DNA of 64,000 nt from NCBI GenBank assembly GCA_951406725.2, contig OX597816.1:166594001-166658000 (forward strand), given 5' to 3'. The notes beneath the pieces were generated by a model, which had not been told where the DNA came from, made no database searches, and worked only from the letters and a program-made list of their open reading frames with translations. Position numbers and translations under genes: made by a program. The DNA is from Octopus vulgaris (lineage: Eukaryota). Positions within the stretch are counted from its first letter, which is position 1. Every line of letters begins with the position of its first letter. This document shows, piece after piece, positions 1-12,074 of this stretch.

Positions 1-404
1 GCACATGACCTTGCAGGTGGGGCCCAGTTAGAATTTTCTTCAGGTTGAGTAGCCCATCCTGCTCAAACGGTCCCTGAATAAGGGTTGCTTTAGGATGTTG
101 AACGAAACACCTATGTTTCCAGAGGTGAATTATTCAAACTCCAAAGAATCCCTCTCAACACATGGCCATGATGCTCCCCCACTACTTCTGCTCGTGATCA
201 GAGATGCACATATCGTCAGCCACTAAGGGACATGCTCAACTGGTTAAGGTCAAACAACTGACAAGCAAATCTGTGGTATTGAGCAGAATATTTGCTGTAG
301 CCCATCTTTTATACCAAGACAAAACAATGTACATGATAACACTTCCAATCAGTTAAGATCAGAAGCCATGAGAGCCACTGCCTGGTACTGCATCAGGGCA
401 TATT
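1..404 (-). mobile_element. Interspersed repeat segment, probably the 5' region of an R4/Dong-type LINE
   Basis: An internally deleted copy (agatcagaagccatgagagcc...gcatcag) recurs at 2873-2947, fused to the Dong-type RT. Both copies abut (TTA)n. The 5'-end assignment is inference. Confidence 0.5.
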
Positions 405-435
405 GCAAATCTGTGGTATTGAGCAGAATATTTGC

Positions 436-626
436 TGTAGCCCATCTTTTATACCAAGACAAATGTAGCCCATCTTTTATACCAAGACAAATGTAGCCCA
501 TCTTTTATACCAAGACAAATGTAGCCCATCTTTTATACCAAGACAAATGTAGCCCATCTTTTATACCAAGACAAATGTAGCCCATCTTTTATACCAAGAC
601 AAATGTAGCCCATCTTTTATACCAAG

Positions 627-627
<1 letters not shown>
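436..627. repeat. Perfect 28-bp tandem repeat, about 6.9 copies
   Basis: Unit tgtagcccatcttttataccaagacaaa starts at 436, 464, 492, 520, 548, 576 and 604. It derives from 296-323. Confidence 0.95.
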
Positions 628-658
<31 letters not shown>

Positions 659-683
659 CATTATTATTATTATTATTATTCTT

Positions 684-1100
684 ACTGGCAGCACGCCGAG
701 CAAAATGCTTAGCGGCATTTCGTCCGTCTATTGATCTGAAAAGATCTGAGTTCAAATTCCGCCGAGGTCGACTTTATATTTCATCCTTTCGGGGTCGATG
801 AAATAAGTACCAGTTACGTACTGGGGTTGATATAATCGACTAGCTCCCTCCCCAACAATTTCAAGCCTTGTGCCTATAATAGGAAGGATTATTACAATTA
901 CTGTTAGCAGACTCGTTAGCACGCCTGGCGAAATGCTCAGCGGTATTTCGTCCGTCGCTACATTCTGAGTTCAAATTCCGCCGAGGTTGACTTTGCCTTT
1001 CATCCTTTCAGGGTCGATAAATTAAGTACCAGTGAAACACTGGGATCGATGTAATCGACTAGTTCACTCCCACCAAATTTCATGCCTTGTGCCTTTAGAG
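684..1100 (+). mobile_element. Two tandem copies of tRNA-derived SINE family B
   Basis: Shared core ttctgagttcaaattccgccgaggtcgactttgcctttcatcctttcggggtcgat with a B-box-like GAGTTCAAATTC. More than 20 copies occur in the window. Confidence 0.85.
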
Positions 1101-1120
1101 GGTTATCATCATCATCATCG

Positions 1121-1169
<49 letters not shown>

Positions 1170-1200
1170 TATTATTATTTATTTATTTAGTTATTTATTA

Positions 1201-2872
1201 GTTTGTTTTCAATCTGCTTCTTTGTTACAATCACCGTGTAGAGACACACCCAGCATCCTGGGGCGAGTGAAGGATAAGAGATGTTACAGTTTGACTGGAA
1301 GTTTGGGGAGGGGAAGTATCTTCATGTAATACAACACAGACATTTAAATGGATAGGGTTTTCCTAAGGATGTGGGCAGTACTTGTCAGCATAATTTTTTG
1401 GATTTCTCTGAGACATGGTTCTTCTGAGATCTTATCTAGATGTTTCTGACATCCCTTTTTAATCATACATAGAGCACCGACAATAACAGGAACAGTTTTC
1501 GCTCTAAGATGAAGACATCTTTTGTATTTCAATTTCCAGGTCCTTATATTTACTTAACATATATATATTTTTTATCAGTAGGAACACTTAGATCTAATAG
1601 TCTACAAGTATTTTCTTCTCTGTCTTTAATAATTACGTCTCATCGATTATCCTGGATCGTTCTGTCAATGTTGACTGGAAAATCCAAGAGGATAGTGACA
1701 TTTTTACCTTCAACGACTGGCTCAGAGTGATGTTCATACCAGTAAGCTTGAGTACTGATTTTGTAGTGTTTACATATTTTCCAATGTAAATACTACCCTA
1801 CCGTGGTGATTTTTGTATTCGTTTGGTGTCAGCACAGGACATCCTGAGAAAAGATGGTCAATTGTTTCATCAATAGATGACTCTGCATCTAGGGTTAGAA
1901 TCTGCATTTAGAGTCAGAAGCGTTTTGAAGAACCTTAGCTAGGTAAATTTTTGTAAGGAAGCTTTGATCTTGTGTCGCCAATATGAACCCTTCGGTCCTG
2001 AACTTCTCAGCCACTGATGGATTGTTGCTCGGTCTACATCAGATTTCGACTTCGAAGTATATACTGTCCATGCAGAGGCTTCTGGCTCCATTGCCCTTCA
2101 AATTGTTTCTATCCTTTCCTTTTGTAGTCTGCTTGATCTGTTTTGTTTGTTTTGTGGCAGTGGCTTCGGGTTCTTCAACTATTTTAGGGCTAATGCCAAG
2201 TTTCCTTGTGAATTTGCAAGCTTCCTTGATAATAGAATGTGATTTATTGCTGCTTTCGTGTTTGCACACAAGCTGCAGCGTCCAGCTCTCTGTAGTAGAT
2301 AAGTACCTGTTCATTGCTATTTTGGAGGTTTTATAGCCACAGTTCTACTTGCATCATTCCTCTTCTCCCATTACTTCTAGGTAGGTACAGATGATCAACG
2401 TCTGCTTTTGGGTGGTGCATATTCTTAGATATTAGTAGCTTTCCTGTCTTCCTGTCCAGGCGTTGGAGCTCTGTAAGATTCCAGTTAATGATGTTAAAAC
2501 TGTATTGGACTACTGGAAGTGCCAGGGTGTTAATGGTTTCGATGCGATTTTTCGAGTTGAGTTCAGATTTCAATATGAGTCTTACTCCCCTGTAATACTT
2601 CTTTCTTATTTTTCTTTCGTAGTAGCATGTTGAATACCATCTCCTTCGTTTATCCCCAGGTATTTGTAATTTTCTTGTGAGTCAAGCTCCTTGATAGTAG
2701 AGTCGATATCTAATTTAATGGAAGCTGTTTGCTTGAGCTTGCTTTAGCACACTTATCAAGGCCAAAATCCATCCCAGTGTCATTGCTTAACCTTTTATCA
2801 GTTGTTTACAGCCCTACTAGCTCTTCGGCATTTCTAGCAAACAGCTTCAGATCGTTCCGTATAAAACAGATG
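1201..2872 (-). mobile_element. Decayed R4/Dong-type non-LTR retrotransposon (RT to restriction-like endonuclease C-terminus)
   Basis: Minus-strand translation gives HLFYT-DDLKLFA (a frameshifted YMDD motif), GMDFGLDKCAK, INTLALPVVQYSF..HHPKADVDHLYLPR and VPVIVGAL..IQKIMLTSTAHILRKTL*. Multiple stops and frameshifts. Confidence 0.85.
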
Positions 2873-2947
2873 GTAGCCGATCTTTTATACCAATCAAGTA
2901 AGATCAGAAGCCATGAGAGCCAGTGCCTGGTGCTGCATCAGAGTATA

Positions 2948-3279
2948 TTATTATTGTTTTATGTTTGACTTTTGCTTTACATTTGTACAAGTTGGCTCCA
3001 AGTCTCACCCAGAGACCTCAAGAGACAACAAGCTGGAAGTTCATGCTGGTGTTATGCCTAGGGTGCCATATATTTGGTTTTGTACATAGTGTTGTTCTAG
3101 AGAATGTTTAAGAAGCCATAAGAAAATTATTTGTTTTAATACTTGAGATTACATAGAAAGTATTTTGCGTAGGATATGAGCAGTTCCCATGAGGACTATC
3201 TTTTGAATTTCTGCCATTTTGGGGTTTCCTGGTATCTGAGCTAGGTAACAATCAGCCCCTTTTGCTATCATTCCTATGG
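2948..3279 (-). mobile_element. 3' end of a second R4/Dong-type LINE subfamily
   Basis: Minus strand encodes GMIAKGADCYLAQIPGNPKMAEIQKIVLMGTAHILRKILSM*, followed by a 3' UTR ending in (AAT)n. Confidence 0.8.
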
Positions 3280-3344
3280 TGGTGGTGATGGTGATGGTGG
3301 TGGTGGTGGTGCTGTTGCTGGTGGTGGTGGCGGTGCTAAAATAG

Positions 3345-5824
3345 ATAATTTTAGACCTTCAATGCCAAACACGAAGGTTGCGTTGTCAGAGCTAGGGCCT
3401 CAGCTCTAAGACACATTCGATGGATCTGGGTGGTGGAAGTGCAACGTGGCAAAGCCACTAATCGGTCTTTGACAGGCCGGGACGGGCTCTTACGATCCAA
3501 GCAGATGTGTGCAGATTCAGCAGCACTTTACCGAACTGTGCGAAACACGCGGTCGATCGGATGCGGGAGTGAATCGTATCTCCTACCTCGGCAGCATGCC
3601 GCACCTTTCGTCCATGGATGCAGAGTTCTGCGAAATGCCGATAACAACCGGAGACATACGGGACACGATCACTAACTGCAAAATGGAGAAGTCTCCGGAG
3701 CTGGATAGTCAGCATTCGAGCTTTATTTTCATATCCCAGACTTGTTCGTTGATCTCTTGGTTGGTGTCTACCACAACTGGCAGTAGAAAGGGCGAATTCC
3801 TTGTGCTGTGAGGTGGTGGTGATGCTGAGAAAGTACTCAAATAAGTGGGATCAAATATATCGTTTTAGGCTTGTAACACTGCTAAACGCAGTTTACAATA
3901 TTCACGACACCCCACACCTCACGCATTAAATCATATAGCAGGTAAGTAAGGGAACTGGCACGGATGGGGCTCTGATAAATTTGGATCAATCGAAAGCTAT
4001 CGATAGGGCCAACCACCAATACCGGGAAGCTGTCCTCACGGCGGCCGGCGATATATGTTCGGTGGTCAAAGTAAATGGCCACCTATCGGAATCGTTTAGT
4101 GTTGCACATTCAGACAGTCAAGGATGTTCACTCTCACCCCTTTTGTACGTGCTGGCTCTCTCGAGCATCTGCTACGGAAGCGGGATGTTTCGAGAGGCTA
4201 CCACGTGAACTAAGATGCGAAAGGTTCGTATCAACTTATGTGGTCGACGTCACTGTAGTAGTGTCGGTCCTCTCGGAAATGGAGATCATTGGCATTACCC
4301 TAAGGGAATGCGAAGCGGCAACGGAAGCAGAGATTAAACAGGACAAGTCGGGGTGGAGGGCTGCAGCTCGGCACCTGGAGAGGCATGTGCATGCCGACCG
4401 ACAGCGTGGTATGGCGCTAGACGAAGGAGTGTTTAAATTGCTCAAGGTCTGGTTTGGTCCAGACCACCAGTTGGACAAGAACTTGGAAAAGGTGACGAGC
4501 AGAGTGGCCAGCCTCATCCAGAAATGGAAAGAGAGGAAGCTATCCCTGAAGGGTCGGGTGGAAGTGGAGAATGCGTACATTGCATCCGTCATCTACTATT
4601 GCCTGACAGTCGTCCCTTACTCTACTTCATTGCTGATGAAGTTGGAGCGCTTGCTCTTCTACTTTCTATGGAAGTATGGGTTCCTCTAACCAGACCGTCC
4701 ATTCGCTATCAGTAGCCGCTGAGTAGAGGACTGGGCATATCGTGGCTAATGATGCACAGACATGCGTTTCTTTAGCGGTGCGCAGGATTTGTCCGATAGG
4801 ATTTTCCGCATCTTGTCTCATGAACGGAGTTACAGTCCTGGATAAAGCGTAGACTCAGATAGGGCGTTTGGCACATAGAGTGTCAGCAAGCGCTCAGAGC
4901 CCACTGCCAGTCGAGCAATGTAGTCGGTGGAAGTGCCACGTTGGTGTTCTATAAGGGATTAGTGGCTGGAAAGAGCGACGACGCTCCTGTGGAAACCCTG
5001 GACGTCGGGGTGATCAATTAGCTAGTGATTTCTTGAGGACTGTAAGGATAAGGTCTATGGATAATTTTCAGAAATCACTGGCCTGACAGTGCCACCGGGG
5101 TGGAAGCTCTACATGCACTGAAGACAAGCTCTACATGAACTGAAGTGCTATCGGACGGACTGACAGAAATGCCCACAGAACGATGAAACCGTTCTGCATG
5201 CACTCGTCCAGTGTCCGGCATTGTTGACTTCTGGAGCTTTGTCGGACAACTATTACTGCGTGTAGGGCATATCCGGCAATCAACCGAATCCATCGTGAGG
5301 AATGCTCCACCACCTCTTTTTGGCCGAGGAGGGCAGGCAGTTTTTCTCTGTCTGGTGGCTATGACGAAAGTAGTGTGGTCAACGAGGTTGGAAGGACTGA
5401 ATACCGATATAACCTTTTCCGGCCACGCCTTCAGCATTTTCAAGTTCCACTTAAAAAAGGAAAGTGAGGATGAAAAGGGAAGTTCTCCACCCCGCCCCAG
5501 TATTTTAGTTGAAAAATGAGTGAATGTGGTGAGGATGGCCCTTGTGAATGAGCCTACTATGAACATGTACCTATAAGCCGAACAGAATGAACAGAGGGGC
5601 ACCAACCTGGGATACCCTTGGCGATCGGGGTGACCAAGATGTGTGGGGTTCCTTGGTCACCCCTGGGTGGAACTGTCTCCATTTTGGGGAATTTTATTAT
5701 TTAAATTTCTTATTCTTTTTGTTATTTTATTGTTTACATGTTTGGTTTTTTTAAGCCCCACTTATCCCTTGTTTTTGTATAGCCCTTTCTGTTGCCTTCG
5801 GCCCTTGAGGCTAATATAAAAAAG
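3345..5824 (+). mobile_element. Decayed Tx1/L1-clade LINE (ORF2 RT to C-terminus and 3' UTR)
   Basis: DQSKAIDR..H, QGCSLSPLLYVLAL, YVVDVT (decayed YADD), LKVWFG and W..RKLSLKGRVEV.N.YI. Broken reading frames and an A-rich 3' end. Confidence 0.85.
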
Positions 5825-7289
5825 ATTATTATCATCATCATCATCATAATTATTATTGTTATTATTTATTATTATTATTAAGGCGGCTACATGGCAGAAT
5901 CGTTAGCATGCTGGGAAAAATGTTTAGCGGCATTTCATCCGTCTTTACATCCTGGGTTCAAATTCCTTGATTTTGCATTTCTTCCTTTCAGAGTCAATAA
6001 AATAAGTACCAGTTGAGTACTGGGGTCAATGTAATTGATTTACCCCCGCCCTTGAAATTGCTGGCCTTGTGTGTATAAGGGAAAATATAATTATTATTTC
6101 TAATTTTGAAACAGATCCAGAAATTTTGAGGGAGAGGGCATGTCGATTACATTAACCTAGGTACTTATTTTATCGATCTCGGAAAGATGAAAAGCAAGAA
6201 CTCTGAAGAATTTGAGCCCTGAATGTAAAGAGGCGGAAAAATTGCAGAGTAAACTTTGCTTTTCATCCTTTTGGGGGTCGATAAATCGATAAACAAAGTA
6301 CGTGTCCAAAATACCACGCTTTCTTTTCTTTTCTTTCTTTTTTTCTTTCTTTCTTTCTTTCTTTCTTACTTACTTTCTTTTCTTCCTTCTTTATTTCTTT
6401 CCTTTTTTCTTTCTTTTTTTCTCTCTCTCGATCTCTTGCCTCTTCTATCTCTGAGCTGTCCCATTAAGTTGAAGGTTCAGCCTTCTCATCTAGACACTTG
6501 TCTTCGGGACACTCAGCCACTTACAAAAAAAAACAGACACTGAACGATCATCATCGACAACGCCTAAGGACCTCCACTACATAACAAACAAGCGTTTACA
6601 AAACAATCCAAATTGATACTCTTTCAGTTTCGAGTTCAAATCTGTCTAACTCCAATCTTTATAGCTAATCAATGATAGAATATCGATCTGTAACAGATGG
6701 CCTCCATCTGCCACAATCAGGAGTTATACATTCAATCAGTCCTTGAACTCCGGCATTGTCTTACCAGTCGTGTATATATATATATATATATATATATACG
6801 CATACATACATACATACATTGATACATTCTTACATACATGTATTGGTGAATATACAAATCTAAGTGAAAGTCAATATGTTTGTATATACATCACACACGC
6901 GCACACACAGATACGTACATACATGCACAGACACTAATTCATACGCATACACACACACACACGCACGCGCGCACACACACACACACAGAGTAGTAGAATA
7001 TATTTAAGGATAATACACTATGTAACTTAAAAATGTAAAACAATCTTGGCTGCCAAAATTAACATCATATGTTACACCCCTCCCAACACCACACAGCCGC
7101 TCGCCCCCCCCCCCCCCCTCTCTCCCTCACTCTCTCTCGCTATTTATCTTTCATTCTCTCCTACATCTGGTAATATAGCTGCCAAATTATTATTGGTATT
7201 ACACTATCGGCGGTGATTGATAACCAGTCTGTTTTCAAAATATAATCTATAATCTGCAAGACTTATAACAAAAACTCAACGCTCAAATA

Positions 7290-7610
7290 TACATACATAC
7301 ATACATACATACATACATACATACATACACACACGCATACATACATACATACATACATACATACTACACACACGCATACATACATACATACATACATACA
7401 TACATACATACATACATACATACATACATACATACATACATACATACATACATACGTACATACATACATACATACTACACACACGCATACATACATACAT
7501 ACATACATACATACATACATACATGCATGCATACATACATACATACATGCATACATACATACATACATACATACATACATACATACATACATACATACAT
7601 ACATACATAC
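7290..7610. repeat. (CATA)n microsatellite with higher-order interruptions
   Basis: Direct reading. The interruption catactacacacacgcatac occurs twice. Confidence 0.95.
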
Positions 7611-7747
7611 TAACACACACACATATATATAAATTAAAATTAAGGATAAAATCTATATATGATTTTATTAGTTAGCATGTAATAAGCAGTTAAGGTAAAA
7701 ATTAATAGAGTATATAAAATTACAAAATTATATATTTTTTTTCTACA

Positions 7748-7846
7748 GTTTCAGTTCATAGCTGCGGCCATGCTGAAGCACCGCCGTTTTTCTACACTGT
7801 TATTACTGAGAGCCTCCTCCAATATGTGGCACTTGGTGAAGAATGG
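7748..7846 (-). mobile_element. About 100-bp 3' tail of a CR1-type LINE
   Basis: Closely matches 44245-44342 (ctacactgttattact.agagcctcctc.aatatgtggcacttggtgaagaatgg). Confidence 0.8.
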
Positions 7847-8729
7847 CTCTTCCTTCCCGTTTGAAGGAAGGAGGCGCGACAATATTGACGATAGACTCAG
7901 CTGATAAACCAACTCGTCCCACACGTGACAGCAGTCGTTCGACATAAGCCCACAAGTCGGAAATGGTTGGACACTGCTCGAGTGCGCGCAGAACGGCTTC
8001 GTCGCTCTGACCACATCTCGGGCTGGTCCGCACCGTGTTTCTCGAGCCATGCCTGTAGAGCTTATCCCGAACGAGTAGCACTTCTCGATAGCCCTGCCAG
8101 GCCAGGGATATCTGGAAGTTGTCCATAGGTCCCGGCCCGAAAGTCGTCTTGAACAGGCGGGTCAGATATTCCTCGTCGACGTCCAGGTTCGCCCCGAGAT
8201 CATTGTTGTACTTCCTCTCCACTAATCCCCTATAGAAGGCTTTGGTTGTGATGCAGTCCCTCAAGGTCAATCCGGGTCGGTATAGTTGCTCGAGTGCAAC
8301 GCGACAATCGCGGTGCCATTCGCCCTTCCTCGGCCTCTTCTTGATCCACGATTGCAGTTCGGTCATGAAGACTAGCTTGCGAGAAGGCGCGCCGCGCAAA
8401 CGGCGACCACACCTGTTCACCGTCGTTTACGTAGAGTCGGAGATGTCGCAGTCTCAGCGCATGTCTGCACCTCATCAACCACGGCGTGCCCAGCCCTCCT
8501 TTTAGCGGGTATTGGCAGCAAACGGATCTCCTGACCATCGGAACGCTTCCTTTCCACAAAAAGCGAAGACGATGCTTTCTAGTTTGGTGGTGGTGGGGTT
8601 GGGACAAGGCACGACGGTCAGACGGTAATAGATGACAGGTGCGATATACGCGTTCGCCACCTCCGCTCGACCTTTTACGGACAGCTTCCCCTCGGCCCAT
8701 TGCCGGGAGAGAGTGGCCATCCTATTCGT
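7847..8729 (-). mobile_element. Tx1/L1-clade LINE fragment, relative of 3345-5824
   Basis: WAEGKLSVKGRAEVANAYIAPVIYYRLTVVP aligns with WKERKLSLKGRVEVENAYIASVIYYCLTVVP. Also FLWKG..LKGGLG. Confidence 0.85.
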
Positions 8730-8822
<93 letters not shown>

Positions 8823-8834
8823 GGATAGATAGAT
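8730..8834. repeat. (AGAT)n microsatellite
   Basis: Direct reading. Confidence 0.95.
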
Positions 8835-9586
8835 ATCGGCAGCTTCTGTCTATTAAGCAGTTACACGACATAAAAGTTCAAGCCGTGACAGCAGTTATAT
8901 ATAGCATCTGTGTTACGCCCATCCAGCAATCTCTTCTAAAACTCTTGAGAATAATAATATCTGATTTGTTATTCACATGTATAGATCTTACAAGGAAATG
9001 GCTTTGATACATTTGTGTATATACAAATATAGACATACAAACAAACATATGTACACACACGTGTGTGTGTGTGTGTACGTATGCGACTGATATCAAAGGA
9101 AGCAAAATAGCTGCTAAAGCATTTGAGTTTAAAGGGCAGCTTGACCCAGTACCAGGTTAGTTTAAGTATTGTGAGCGTATAACCTGTCCACATCATCAAA
9201 TTTCTCTTCGAACATCTGATGTCGTAGAAAAAATATATATGTGTGTGTGTGTGTGTGAGTGCGCGTGCGAGTATGTATTATGTATGTATGTATGCATGCA
9301 TATACACATACACATACTGATCAAAATTGTACAAAAATAAAAGAGACAAGTGAGGTAAGAATATACAGGATTTAGTACTTTGATGCTCAGATTAAAAAAT
9401 GGAAAATACTTTGACGTTTCTAAAGAAAGGAATGAGGAAAAAACATTTATGTATTTATGTGAGTGAGTACATATGTATATATATATATTCATAATAAGTG
9501 TAGATCGTGTACGAGTGGGTATATATTTATAAAAAAGAAGTTTGAAACAATTATGAACTTTCTTATTACACTTGTTTTTTAAAAAT

Positions 9587-9634
9587 ATTTTTGATAAGGT
9601 TCGTTTTTTCAAGAAGAACCGAAACATGTAAAAT
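9587..9634 (+). ncRNA. Minimal type I hammerhead ribozyme motif, U3-A8 core variant
   Basis: AUUU-UUGAUAA-GGUUC...GAACC-GAAA-CAUG-UA^AAAU: stem I AUUU/AAAU, stem II GGUUC/GAACC, palindromic stem III, GUA triplet. Confidence 0.65.
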
Positions 9635-9681
9635 TTCTAAGAAAATTAAAATTTATCTTATATAGTGGCGTTTTCAAACTT

Positions 9682-9684
<3 letters not shown>

Positions 9685-9732
<48 letters not shown>

Positions 9733-9738
9733 CATACA

Positions 9739-9773
<35 letters not shown>

Positions 9774-9960
9774 GCATACATGCATATATATACATATATA
9801 TATATGTATACATATATATATACATATACACATATGTATATATATACATACATATACATATATACATATGTATATATACATACATATACATATACATATA
9901 TATATATATGTGTGTATGCGTATATGTATACATATATATATGTATATATATATATATGTT

Positions 9961-9995
<35 letters not shown>

Positions 9996-10090
9996 ATATA
10001 TATATATACACATATATATATACACATATATATATACACATATATATATATATGTATATATATATAAATATGTATGTATATATATATATA
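9685..10090. repeat. (TA)n/(TACA)n compound microsatellite
   Basis: Direct reading. It is the source of several spurious YI-rich ORFs. Confidence 0.95.
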
Positions 10091-10937
10091 CTAGCAGAAT
10101 TGCCCGGCGTTGCTCGGGGCTGAATTGCTTGAAAGTACTGTTAATGATTGCACTGAATTATGATGATTATTCAGGCAAATATTGATATAAGTTTACGGTG
10201 GGAGATAAGGACTTAACGATCAAACGTGTGCCATTGCATTGTTTTGGGGGAACCAAATTTCTGATGAGCATTATAGGGGCACCAACTTTAAGTTTGAGAA
10301 AGTGTGGTGGTAGTCCGGGGTGCTCAAAGGAATTGAGTACCTCTATTGGATAGTTGATGACGTCCTCTGGGTCAGGAGTTGTATCGATAGACTGATATAC
10401 ATAGACTTCCCCAGGAATGAGTTTTAGCATTTCATCATTAATATGGTGAACAGTTTTATTCCTCGGGGCCAGTATAGCCTTTTTGCCAATCCAATCCATA
10501 TTCTGATAATTAGCTTGTAGATCTGGGAACACTGCATCTCTGAGATCAGAAGGCGTCTTAACAATGGTACAAATGGAATCGATGGCAATATTACCATTTT
10601 CATCCCCTGGTATTTTGCCTTCGCCAAGTGCAAGGAGGGTGTGAGGAAATGCTGCTGATGTGATATTACGTCGCATATGAGCACGCATATTGGTGTGAAG
10701 TTTGAGAGTTACTTCCCTTTATTTAAAAAAATATGCATTAAAATGGAAAAAAATTATGGTAAATTATTTGTAAAATTATAGACTCATCGTAGACGCGCGC
10801 TAATACCCAGAAGGGCTCGATATGAATCACGACTATAAGATACCCGGTTTTGGTTAAACTGCATTGCACAATGTGGGAGTAGTTAGGAATCTAAATCGGA
10901 GTAGACAGACACACAACCTTTCTTTTGTATATAAATA
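10091..10937 (-). mobile_element. Internally deleted Helitron retaining a PIF1-like helicase fragment
   Basis: ORF 10167-10688 has KAILAPRN..IN and GLPPHFLKLKVGAPIMLIRNL..CNGTRL. The 3' hairpin CCCGAGCAACGCCGGG precedes terminal CTAG|T. About 230 bp at the 5' end is shared with 14131-14426. Confidence 0.9.
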
Positions 10938-11614
10938 TTTTCGTCCTAAAAAACTTTGTATGGATTGAATGGTTACCTCTATGGAAATATATACACGCAC
11001 ATTATACATACATGTGTGTATAGATGAATATATAAATACATTTAAATATCTATATACACTTTTGGGCGATCTTTCTTTTTCTTAGAGATAACTTTAGATC
11101 TTATATTCGTCCTAAAAAACTTTGTATGGAGTGAAAGGTTACCTCTATGGAAATATATACACACACATTATACATACATCTGTGTATAGATGAATATATA
11201 AAAACATTTAAATATCTATATACACTTTTGGGCGATCTTTCTTTTTCTTAGAGATAACTTTAGATCTTATTTTCGTCCTAAAAAACTTTGTATGGAGTGA
11301 ATGGTTACCTCTATGGAAATATATACACACACGTTATACATACATGTGTGCATAGATGAATATATAAATACATTTAAATATCTATATACACTTTTGGGCG
11401 ATCTTTCTGCTACTTGTATATACTTTAGATCTTATATTCGTCCTGAAAAACTTTGTATGGAGTGAAAGGTTACCTCTATGGAAATATATACACACACATT
11501 ATACATACATCTGTGTATAGATGAATATATAAATACATTTAAATATCTATATACACTTTTGGGCGATCTTTCTGCTACTTGGATATAGGTCTTATATTCG
11601 TCGTAAAAAACTTT
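10938..11614. repeat. Tandem repeat of about 166 bp, about 4 copies
   Basis: The anchor tcgtc(c/g)t.aaaaactt recurs at 10941, 11107, 11273, 11438 and 11598. Confidence 0.95.
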
Positions 11615-11619
11615 CCTGT

Positions 11620-11659
11620 CACACACTCACGCACACGCACACACACACACACGCATCCT

Positions 11660-11690
<31 letters not shown>

Positions 11691-12073
11691 ACACGCACAC
11701 ACACACGTTAGCTTACAATTTTATTTATATATTTGCGTGTCTATGTGTGTAAAGAGGAAGTGGGAATGTAGAGTGAAAGAGTCACTCACTACAGAAAGTG
11801 AATTACTTTCGCTTTATTCGTTGCACACTGTGTGTGTGCGTTTGCGTGTGCTGTATCCCACACTAAGAGAAGCATTTGACTCATACACCACAATGTGAGT
11901 TTTCTCTAATTTTTGCTTAATTGGGGTTGTAATTTTAAAAAGTGGACCTGGCATGACCTGATGCATTCTACTCTTTAAAATGCTAGGTAAATTGTAATTG
12001 AAGAAATCCTATATTGTAGATTTCTATAAGATACAAAGGGAGGCAGATAAAATCTGCCTTTTATAATAAGAGA
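11620..12073 (-). mobile_element. Probable 5' portion of a non-autonomous Helitron-like element
   Basis: The minus strand starts A|TCTCTTATTATAAAAG, resembling the Helitron 5' end at 14426, followed by the hairpin GGCAGATTTTATCTGCC. Confidence 0.5.
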
Positions 12074-12074
12074 T

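Noticed and set aside
436-627. 28-bp repeats of CRISPR-like length
   Set aside because: Units are contiguous with no spacers, there are no cas genes, and the context is eukaryotic.
10167-10688. Host PIF1 helicase gene
   Set aside because: It is an intronless fragment bounded by Helitron termini.
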